The notes beneath the pieces were generated by a model. It made no database searches, was not told where the DNA came from, and was given only the letters and a program-made list of their open reading frames with translations. A stretch of DNA of 64,000 bases from Eubacteriales bacterium (lineage in GTDB: Bacteria > Bacillota > Clostridia > Oscillospirales > CAG-382), in NCBI GenBank assembly GCA_045592105.1, contig JAZNUB010000041.1, positions 20,517 to 84,516 of the forward strand, given 5' to 3'. Made by a program: the position numbers and the translations under genes. Numbering within the stretch: the first letter of the stretch is position 1; the number at the start of each line of letters is the position of its first letter. This document shows positions 56,808 through 64,000 of the stretch, piece by piece.

Positions 56808-57494
56808 ATGAGAATATACGGTATACAAAAGCTAACTTTATTAGATTTTCCCCTAAAGGTTGCTTGCACGGTGTTTACGGGCGGCTGCAATTTGCGTTGC
56901 CCCTTCTGCCACAACGCTTCTCTTGTAAAATGCGGCGGTGCTGAAAGCATAGAGGCGGAGGTGGAGGCGTTTCTTAAAAAGCGCGCAGGCGTAATAGAGG
57001 GCGTTTGCATTTCGGGTGGGGAGCCGCTTTTACAGCCCGATATAGCACCGTTTTTGCGTTTTGTGCGCTCGCTTGGGCTTTGCACCAAGCTTGACACGAA
57101 CGGAACGCTACCACAACATCTTGTGCCGCTTCTAAACGAGGGGCTTCTGGATTACGTGGCAATGGACCTTAAAAACAGCCCTGCGTTATACGCAAAAACC
57201 GTTGGTGTGGAGGGCTTTGATTTTGCCCCCGTTGCCGAAACGATGGAGCTGCTTCGCAAAAGCGGGATAGCGTATGAGTTTAGAACAACCGTTGTAAAGG
57301 GGCTTCATACAGTGGAAAGCCTTAAAGAAGCGGCAAGCCTTATAAAAGACGGGGAGAAGTGGTTCTTACAACAATTTGTGGACAGTGGGGACATTTTAAA
57401 AGGCGGTATGGAGGGCTACACCCCCGAAGAAATGCGTGCAATACACGCGGAATTGTTGCCTTTTGCGCCCTCCGTGGACTTGCGCGGGCTTTGA
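56808..57494 (+). CDS. nrdG: anaerobic ribonucleoside-triphosphate reductase activating protein
   Basis: GGCNLRCPFCHN radical-SAM cluster motif. Located next to nrdD. Confidence 0.88.
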   Translation: MRIYGIQKLTLLDFPLKVACTVFTGGCNLRCPFCHNASLVKCGGAESIEAEVEAFLKKRAGVIEGVCISGGEPLLQPDIAPFLRFVRSLGLCTKLDTNGTLPQHLVPLLNEGLLDYVAMDLKNSPALYAKTVGVEGFDFAPVAETMELLRKSGIAYEFRTTVVKGLHTVESLKEAASLIKDGEKWFLQQFVDSGDILKGGMEGYTPEEMRAIHAELLPFAPSVDLRGL

Positions 57495-57501
57495 TGCTTT
57501 A

Positions 57502-57549
57502 ACACAATAAAATGTGTGGCTATAAAAAATATTTTACCATATATTGTGT
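57502..57549 (+). promoter_or_regulatory. pair of NrdR boxes upstream of nrdD
   Basis: acacaataaaatgtgt (57502-57517) and ttaccatatattgtgt (57534-57549), centres 32 bp apart, followed by TTGACA at about 57559. Confidence 0.65.
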
Positions 57550-57660
57550 TTTTACTATTGACAAACGCTTATATAGTATGTTATTCTAAACAGGCGGCGC
57601 GATAAGCGCGCTAAACTAATGAAAAGATTTTAACGATATAAAAATGATGGAGGTTTCACT

Positions 57661-60036
57661 ATGTACAAGGTAATGAAGCGTAACGGCAAAACCGTTGATT
57701 TTGAGCTTAGCAAGATAGCAAACGCCATAACGCTTGCTTTCGATGCAAAGGGCATTAATTATAATAGGGACACTATTGATTTCTTGGCACTTAAAGTTAC
57801 AAGCGATTTCCAAAGCAAGATTAAGGATAACCTTATAGCGGTTGAGGATATACAGGATAGCGTTGAATCCGTGCTTGTTCAGGCGGGCTATGCAGAGGTT
57901 GCAAAGGCCTATATATTGTATCGCCGCCAGCACGAAAAGCTTCGTAATATAGATTCTACTATTTTGGACTACAAGATGGTTGTGGACAACTATCTTAAGA
58001 TAAACGATTGGCGCGTTAAGGAAAACAGCACCGTAACCTATTCCGTTGGCGGTCTTATCCTAAGCAACAGCGGCGCTATAACCGCTAACTATTGGCTTAG
58101 CGAGATTTATGATGACGAGATAGCAGATGCACACCGTAACGCAGATATCCATTTGCACGACCTTTCTATGCTCACGGGTTACTGTGCAGGCTGGTCACTT
58201 AAACAGCTTATTAAAGAGGGGCTTGGCGGTGTTAGAGGTAAGATAACAAGCGCACCCGCAAGCCACCTTGCAACGCTTTGTAACCAGATGGTAAACTTCC
58301 TTGGCATAATGCAGAACGAGTGGGCGGGCGCGCAGGCGTTCTCCTCCTTCGATACCTACCTTGCGCCCTTCGTTAAGGTTGACAATCTTGATTACAAGCA
58401 GGTTAAAAAGTGCATTGAAAGTTTTGTTTTCGGCGTAAACACCCCCTCTCGTTGGGGCACGCAGGCACCCTTCTCCAACATAACGCTGGATTGGGTTGTT
58501 CCTGCTGACCTTAAGGATATGCCCGCAATAGTTGGCGGCAAGGAGATGGACTTTACTTATGGTGACTGTAAGGCTGAAATGGATATGGTAAACCGCGCCT
58601 TTATCGAAACCATGATAGAGGGTGACGCTAACGGCAGAGGCTTCCAATACCCCATCCCCACCTATTCCATAACCAGCAACTTTGACTGGTCTGATACCGA
58701 AAACAACCGTTTGTTGTTTGAGATGACAACAAAGTACGGTACACCCTATTTCTCCAATTACATCAACAGCGATATGGAGCCTTCGGACGTTAGAAGTATG
58801 TGCTGCCGTTTGCGCCTTGACCTTAGAGAGCTTAGAAAAAAGAGCGGTGGCTTCTTCGGTAGCGGTGAAAGCACGGGCTCTGTTGGTGTTGTAACCATCA
58901 ATATGCCGCGTATTGCATACCTTGCAACCAGCAAGCAGGATTTCTATGCAAGGCTTGACAGGCTTATGGACATAGCTGCGCGCAGCCTTAAGGTTAAGCG
59001 TACCGTTATTTCCAAGCTTATGGAGGAGGGCTTGTACCCCTACACCAAGCGTTACCTTGGCAGTTTTGACAATCACTTCAGCACCATTGGCCTTGTTGGT
59101 ATGAACGAGGTTGGCCTTAACGCTAAATGGCTTGGCCACGATATGACGCATCCTGACACGCAGGAGTTCACTAAGGACGTGCTTAACCATATGAGAGAGC
59201 GTCTTTCCGACTATCAGGAGCAGTACGGTGACCTTTATAACCTTGAAGCTACCCCTGCGGAATCTACGTCCTACCGTCTTGCAAAGCACGATGTTAAGCG
59301 TTACCCCGGCATAAGAACTGCCGCTAAGGACGGCGAAACTCCTTATTACACCAATTCCAGCCATCTTCCCGTTGGCTTCACGGCTGATATATTTGAAGCA
59401 CTTGACATTCAGGACGAGCTTCAAACGCTTTACACCTCCGGCACGGTGTTCCACGCGTTCCTTGGCGAAAAGCTTCCCGATTGGAAGGCTGCCGCAAGCC
59501 TTGTACGCAAGATAGCAGAGAACTACAAGCTTCCTTACTACACCTTGTCGCCCACCTACTCCGTATGTGCAACCCACGGCTATTTGGTTGGCGAGCAGAA
59601 GGTTTGCCCGGAATGCGGCGCAGTAACCGAGGTTTACAGCCGTATCACAGGCTACTACCGCCCCGTACAGAACTGGAACGACGGTAAAACCCAGGAGTAT
59701 AAGGACAGAAAGGTTTACGATATAAAGAACTCCGTTCTTAAAAGGGACGGCGTTAAGGCAGAAGAAAGCGCAGAATGCGGCTGTGCGGCACAGGACACGG
59801 CAGAGGGCAAGGTATTGCTTTTCGCTACCAAAACCTGCCCCAAGTGCAAAATAGCCGCCGCAGAGCTTGATAAGAACGGCATCGCTTACGAAAAGCTGTT
59901 TGTTGAGGATAACAGAGAGCTGGCGGCTTCCTTAGGGCTTAAACAAGCGCCCACGATAGTTGTACAGGGTGCAGAAACCAAGCTTTATGCAGACCTGCCC
60001 GCAGTTAAGGAATTTATTAAGGCATACACCAAATAA
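57661..60036 (+). CDS. nrdD: anaerobic ribonucleoside-triphosphate reductase with C-terminal glutaredoxin/NrdH-like extension
   Basis: ATP-cone N-terminus, CPECG zinc site, glycyl-radical region SRITGYYRPV. An extra ~90 aa follow, containing LLFATKTCPKCK...QAPTIVV (thioredoxin-fold CxxC). Confidence 0.92.
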   Translation: MYKVMKRNGKTVDFELSKIANAITLAFDAKGINYNRDTIDFLALKVTSDFQSKIKDNLIAVEDIQDSVESVLVQAGYAEVAKAYILYRRQHEKLRNIDSTILDYKMVVDNYLKINDWRVKENSTVTYSVGGLILSNSGAITANYWLSEIYDDEIADAHRNADIHLHDLSMLTGYCAGWSLKQLIKEGLGGVRGKITSAPASHLATLCNQMVNFLGIMQNEWAGAQAFSSFDTYLAPFVKVDNLDYKQVKKCIESFVFGVNTPSRWGTQAPFSNITLDWVVPADLKDMPAIVGGKEMDFTYGDCKAEMDMVNRAFIETMIEGDANGRGFQYPIPTYSITSNFDWSDTENNRLLFEMTTKYGTPYFSNYINSDMEPSDVRSMCCRLRLDLRELRKKSGGFFGSGESTGSVGVVTINMPRIAYLATSKQDFYARLDRLMDIAARSLKVKRTVISKLMEEGLYPYTKRYLGSFDNHFSTIGLVGMNEVGLNAKWLGHDMTHPDTQEFTKDVLNHMRERLSDYQEQYGDLYNLEATPAESTSYRLAKHDVKRYPGIRTAAKDGETPYYTNSSHLPVGFTADIFEALDIQDELQTLYTSGTVFHAFLGEKLPDWKAAASLVRKIAENYKLPYYTLSPTYSVCATHGYLVGEQKVCPECGAVTEVYSRITGYYRPVQNWNDGKTQEYKDRKVYDIKNSVLKRDGVKAEESAECGCAAQDTAEGKVLLFATKTCPKCKIAAAELDKNGIAYEKLFVEDNRELAASLGLKQAPTIVVQGAETKLYADLPAVKEFIKAYTK

Positions 60037-60051
60037 TAAGGGGGCAAAAAT

Positions 60052-60966
60052 ATGCACGATATAATCGTTATAGGTGCAGGTCCCGCAGGGCTTACTGCCG
60101 CAGTTTATGCGCGCAGGGCAGGCAAAAGCGTGCTTATACTTGAAAAAAGCACCTTTGGCGGGCAGGTAACCTACTCCCCTAAAATAGAAAACGTGCCCGG
60201 CTTTGTTTCCATAAGCGGTGCAGAGCTTGCGGATAAGCTTGTGGAGCAGGCTTTGGCGCAGGGCGCGGATATAGAGATGGAAACGGTAACGGCACTTTCC
60301 AAAACGGAAAACGGCTTTACCGTTACCACCGAGGACGGAACGCATTCCTGCCGCGCTGTTATCATCGCGGCAGGCGTAAAGCATAGGCTTCTTGGCTTAG
60401 AGGGCGAGGAGGGCTATATAGGCAACGGCATAAGCTTTTGTGCCGTGTGTGACGGTGCTTTTTATGCAAACGGTACCGTTGCCGTTATAGGCGGCGGAAA
60501 CAGCGCATTGCAGGAGGCTTTGATGCTTTCGGAGCTTTGCAAGAAGGTGTACGTTGTGCAAAACCTTGGCTTCCTAACGGGTGAGGAAAGCTTGCAAAAG
60601 GAGCTTTCTGCAAAGCCTAATGTGGAGCTGATATTAAACACGGTTGTTAAAGAACTGCACGGAGATGCCGCGCTTAACGCCATAAGCGTAGAGAATACCG
60701 AAACGGGTGAGAGCCGCAATATAGGGCTGGACGGTATGTTTATAGCCATAGGGCTTGAGCCGCAAAACGGTATATACGGCGATTACGTTAAGCTTGACAG
60801 GGGCTATATCGCCTCCGACGAGGGATGCCGCACGGAAACCGAGGGCGTTTACGCCGCGGGGGATTGCCGCACCAAGGCGGTACGTCAGATAGCTACCGCC
60901 ACGGCAGACGGTGCTTTGGCCGCGCTTGCCGCTTGCGCTTATCTCGACGGCAGAAATAATGGGTAG
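60052..60966 (+). CDS. trxB: thioredoxin-disulfide reductase
   Basis: GAGPAGLTAAVYA FAD motif, redox-active CAVCDG, GGGNSALQEA NADPH motif. Confidence 0.9.
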   Translation: MHDIIVIGAGPAGLTAAVYARRAGKSVLILEKSTFGGQVTYSPKIENVPGFVSISGAELADKLVEQALAQGADIEMETVTALSKTENGFTVTTEDGTHSCRAVIIAAGVKHRLLGLEGEEGYIGNGISFCAVCDGAFYANGTVAVIGGGNSALQEALMLSELCKKVYVVQNLGFLTGEESLQKELSAKPNVELILNTVVKELHGDAALNAISVENTETGESRNIGLDGMFIAIGLEPQNGIYGDYVKLDRGYIASDEGCRTETEGVYAAGDCRTKAVRQIATATADGALAALAACAYLDGRNNG

Positions 60967-60979
60967 AGGAGAGGGCGTT

Positions 60980-61414
60980 GTGAAAAGATTTTTTGCTTTG
61001 TTTTTAGTGCTTGCTTCGTTGCTTGCGTTTGCAGGCTGTGGCGAAAAGGTGGACGAATATCCCGTGGCTTGGGAATACGTTACGGGCTTGCCAGCAGGGT
61101 TCCCAACGCTTTCCGAAAAGCTTACCACCTCAAACGAAAGCTATTCCTCCGATAAAGCAGAGATAGAGCTTGCTTGGGCGCGTGTTAGCGAAAGCGATTT
61201 TAACGGCTACAAGGCTAAGATAGAGGAATGGGCAGGCGCAAAATTTGCCGCACAGGACGAAAACGGAACCGCGCTTTTAACGGCTACCGTAAATGGCAAA
61301 AGCATTGAGGTAAAGGCTGTTTATAAGCCTGATGCATCGGGCAAACACATCGAAGGTGCAGAATACGATTGCCAGGGCGTGATTATTGTAACCGAAGCGA
61401 AAAACGAAGATTAA
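60980..61414 (+). CDS. small lipoprotein
   Basis: GTG start after GGAGAGG, giving VKRFFALFLVLASLLAFAGC (lipobox). Confidence 0.65.
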   Translation: MKRFFALFLVLASLLAFAGCGEKVDEYPVAWEYVTGLPAGFPTLSEKLTTSNESYSSDKAEIELAWARVSESDFNGYKAKIEEWAGAKFAAQDENGTALLTATVNGKSIEVKAVYKPDASGKHIEGAEYDCQGVIIVTEAKNED

Positions 61415-61433
61415 AGGCAAATAAATAACAATT

Positions 61434-61479
61434 AAAGGCTTTCTCAATTGCAGTAATTGCAATTTGAGAAAGCCTTTTT
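61434..61479. terminator. bidirectional terminator
   Basis: aaaggctttctcaa (61434-61447) pairs with ttgagaaagccttt (61464-61477), flanked by A and T runs. Sits between convergent genes. Confidence 0.8.
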
Positions 61480-61598
61480 GTGCGTAAGATATTTAGTTAT
61501 TCCCAAACAAATCGGGTATATGCCGCGCTTGGTTTTAGATGCCGCGTAGCGGGTCATTCGTGAATGCCACCTACAATTAAAGCGTTAAGCTTTTGGCA

Positions 61599-61826
61599 CT
61601 ATTCCTCAGCTTCCGGCTCTTCCTTTTTTATGCTGCTTCTGTAACGGATTATCCAGATAACAGCCGCAAGCAACCACATAGCGGCACAGAAATAGTGGAT
61701 ATAAGAAAGGAAATGCGTGCGGTTGTATATCAAATCGAATATGCTTGTTGCAATCCAAGCCAGCGCGTTGAAAACGTTAAGTATAACAACAAATATGCTA
61801 ACCTTTTTCTTTTCTTTTTTAGCCAT
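61599..61826 (-). CDS. small 2-TM membrane protein
   Basis: Start moved to MAKKEKKK. Two hydrophobic helices. 8-nt overlap with the upstream gene. Confidence 0.55.
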   Translation of the reverse strand: MAKKEKKKVSIFVVILNVFNALAWIATSIFDLIYNRTHFLSYIHYFCAAMWLLAAVIWIIRYRSSIKKEEPEAEE

Positions 61827-62379
61827 TTTTCTTGCTCCTTCGTTTGCTTTCTTTAACAGCCGCTTTAACAGCCGCAAAAGCTTCCTTTTCGCCCTTTTCC
61901 GCAAGCAGGGTTAGCCAGCTTTCCAAAAGCGCGCTTGTGTTTTCGTTTATAAAACGCCGCTTCTTGTCACCATTCAGAAAGTAATCCAGCCCGCTTCTGT
62001 CGGTATAATCCTTGCCCTTGTATATTTTGCACGCCGCAACGCGGTCACAAAACATCTCGGCAACGTATTTAATGGGCATCTCCACAGGCTCCACCTTCTT
62101 TGTGTGAACGTTCACATCCGTCCAATACTCAAAGTGGTGGCGGTTGCGCCCCTTGTGGTGCATCCACGCGGCGGAATAGCCCTTGTCACGCCGTTCGTTC
62201 TCGTTAGGGCTGTAGGTGCCTGCGTAATATTTTGCACCTGCCCAAAACTCGGTTACCGTGTATTTGGATAGGTCGTGCCGTAGCCCTTGCCAAAATATAC
62301 CCACCTTAAAGCAGTGTGCTATAACCTTGTGGCGGTGCTTTGTTATGGTGCGAAAATGTTTAATAGGGTGTAGTTTCAC
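61819..62379 (-). CDS. DUF5662-like protein
   Basis: MKLHPIKHFRTITKHRHKVIAHCFKVGIFWQGLRHDLSKY N-terminus, as I recall for this family. Function unknown. Confidence 0.6.
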   Translation of the reverse strand: MKLHPIKHFRTITKHRHKVIAHCFKVGIFWQGLRHDLSKYTVTEFWAGAKYYAGTYSPNENERRDKGYSAAWMHHKGRNRHHFEYWTDVNVHTKKVEPVEMPIKYVAEMFCDRVAACKIYKGKDYTDRSGLDYFLNGDKKRRFINENTSALLESWLTLLAEKGEKEAFAAVKAAVKESKRRSKKNG

Positions 62380-62385
62380 CTAAAA

Positions 62386-63387
62386 TCAGTCTTCCTCGTC
62401 TTCAAGATAGTCTTTTATAATAAAGCGCGGTCTGCCCTTGGTTTCAAGATAAATCTTGCCGATATACGCGCCAACAACGCCTATCGACATCATAAGCAAG
62501 CCGCCTATTGCCCACAGCGATACAATAAGGCTTGTCCAACCCGGCTCCACATTAGTCCAAGCAGGTGCAATGCTTTCCCAATTCGGAACGGCCTTGTTAA
62601 GTATAAACAGCACAACGAAATAGATAAGCATAACAGCGCTTATACAAAACATACCCAAGCCAAGCTTTGTAATAAGGTTTATAGGGGTGGTGCTTAGGGA
62701 AGTAATCCCCTCTATAGAGAAGGATATCATCTTTTTAAGCGGATACTTGCTTTCGCCCGCAAAGCGTTCCGCACGCTCGTAATACACGATATCAGAGGGG
62801 TAGCCTATCATAGGCACGATACCGCGAAGGAACAAATTAACCTCTTTAAACTGAGCCAAGCCCTCAAGCGCGCGCTTGCTCATAAGCCTATAATCCGCAT
62901 GGTTAAAAACCGTTTTGGCGCCCATTTTGTTCATAAGGCGGTAAAAGCTTTCAGCTGTAAAGCGCTTGAAAAAGCTATCCGTTTTGCGCTTGCTGCGCAC
63001 GCCGTACACAATATCACAGCCTGCATGATATTTGTCCACCATCTCGTCAACGGCGTTGATATCGTCCTGCAAGTCGGCATCCATAGAGATTGCCATATCA
63101 GCCTCCTCCATAACGGTCATCAACCCGCCCAAAAGCGCGTTTTGATGCCCGCGGTTGCGGCTTAAATTTATGCCCGTAAACAAGGGGCTTTGCTTGTGAA
63201 GCTCGCTAATAATATCCCATGTTTTGTCCTTACTGCCGTCGTTTACAAAGGCAATCCTACTGTCCTTGGCTATTTTGCCTTCGCTTATCAAGGCTTGTAC
63301 CTTTGCAAGCAAGCGCTTAGAGGTTTCGGGCAAAACCTCCTCCTCGTTATAGCAGGGCACAACAATAAACAGTCTGTTTGGGCGCAT
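62386..63387 (-). CDS. family 2 glycosyltransferase, GtrB/bactoprenol-glucosyltransferase-like, with C-terminal TM helices
   Basis: VVPCYNEEEVL, DADLQDD (DxD), and two C-terminal TM helices. Confidence 0.85.
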   Translation of the reverse strand: MRPNRLFIVVPCYNEEEVLPETSKRLLAKVQALISEGKIAKDSRIAFVNDGSKDKTWDIISELHKQSPLFTGINLSRNRGHQNALLGGLMTVMEEADMAISMDADLQDDINAVDEMVDKYHAGCDIVYGVRSKRKTDSFFKRFTAESFYRLMNKMGAKTVFNHADYRLMSKRALEGLAQFKEVNLFLRGIVPMIGYPSDIVYYERAERFAGESKYPLKKMISFSIEGITSLSTTPINLITKLGLGMFCISAVMLIYFVVLFILNKAVPNWESIAPAWTNVEPGWTSLIVSLWAIGGLLMMSIGVVGAYIGKIYLETKGRPRFIIKDYLEDEED

Positions 63388-63522
63388 AGTATTACCTTCC
63401 TTTCCCCTTTTTTTATTATTGTATCATTGTTGTACGTATTTTTCAAGCACTTTTGCAATATTTGGTATAAACAGACGTGCCGCAGGGTATGCTAACGCAA
63501 AAGGAAGAAGGAGAGGGAACAA

Positions 63523-64000
63523 TGAAAAAGATAAGAAGGCTTTTTGCACTTGCCGCTTGTTTATGCGCGGTATTGTATTTCGGTGCGTCCAAGGGCGCGG
63601 CTATATCTCCCGGCTTGGAGGTGCTTCGCGCGGAAACAAAGCTTGTTAAATGCTGTGTGAACGGGCAAAAGGTTGGCTTTACCGCCGCCGAGTTTGAAGA
63701 GCTTACAGGTACGCGCTTTGACTATCTTACCCTTTGCACGCTGCCTTCCGTTAAGGACGGCGTTTTAAAGTTTGCGGGGGTAGATGCCGTTAAGGGGCAA
63801 AGGATTTCCGCATCAGGCATATCGCTTTTAAAGTTTGTGCCCGCAAGCGGCTTTAAGGGAAACAGCGGCTTTAGCTTTACGGTAAACTCTGCGGAGTGGG
63901 AAAGCAAGGAGATTAACTGCCTTATCCGCTTTTCGGAAACGGTAAACTTTGCGCCCATAGCGGTTGGAGAGGGCTTTAGCACCTACCGCAACGTTAGCGT
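63523..64000 (+). CDS. secreted protein, partial (runs off window end)
   Basis: GGAGAGGG RBS. MKKIRRLFALAACLCAVLYFGAS signal. Open frame to position 64000; absent from the ORF track because there is no stop codon in the window. Confidence 0.6.

Noticed and set aside
58195-59577. 460-aa reverse-strand ORF; similar long antisense ORFs at 53791-54723 and 37164-38051.
   Set aside because: They lie antisense to strongly supported nrdD, transketolase and uvrA genes. Their composition is low-complexity and rich in Arg, Cys and His, typical of the shadow frame of GC-rich genes. They lack RBSs.
1-64000. tRNA, rRNA, CRISPR arrays, prophage structural genes or conjugation genes.
   Set aside because: Intergenic regions are short and none shows cloverleaf-like or rRNA-like sequence by eye. 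No repeat-spacer arrays were found. No capsid, tail, terminase, relaxase or T4SS-like ORFs were found. Absence of tRNAs is not proven without tRNAscan.

Overview
Chromosome segment from a Clostridia-type organism; the dockerin protein and the sepF-yggT-divIVA-ileS gene order suggest a Ruminococcus/Oscillospiraceae-like host. Core housekeeping genes fill 1-7.1 kb (frr, pyrH, dut, trxA) and 35.3-64 kb (uvrBA, a radical-SAM pair, miaA, yggS-sepF-yggT-divIVA, ileS, lspA, rluD, split transketolase, nrdG/nrdD, trxB, a GT2). Between them sits a mosaic island of about 28 kb inserted into the 5' part of uvrB. The native uvrB 5' end survives as a remnant (6853-7125). The island supplies a diverged replacement 5' end (35318-35590), so uvrB stays intact. 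Island modules, left to right: (i) a Kiwa-like pair of a 4-TM protein and a ~295-aa protein; (ii) a Xer-like tyrosine recombinase; (iii) a visibly AT-rich six-gene block organised as two cassettes, each bounded by perfect inverted repeats of 55 and 59 bp that share a palindrome-containing, promoter-like core. Cassette 1 carries a pentapeptide-repeat membrane protein, a class I/II PLP aminotransferase-fold protein and a GNAT. Cassette 2 carries an FkbM methyltransferase, a 1207-aa SIR2/P-loop/helical-repeat protein and a class III aminotransferase; (iv) an HTH-DUF3990-like plus DUF3791-like pair and an excisionase-like gene; (v) a LytTR/AgrC-like two-component system with two conserved upstream boxes, tandem lipoprotein paralogs and an ABC exporter with two permeases and one ATPase (resembles an orphan bacteriocin-immunity module); (vi) a DUF4358-like/MBOAT/DHHW surface-acylation trio; (vii) two overlapping tyrosine integrase genes, the second frameshifted. 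My best candidate for an undescribed system is the six-gene, repeat-bounded block at about 9.95-19.79 kb, especially the SIR2-STAND cassette with its PLP and methyltransferase partners. All domain calls come from motifs read by eye; no database search was possible. Start codons that differ from the supplied ORF track were chosen from visible RBS context and are suggestions.
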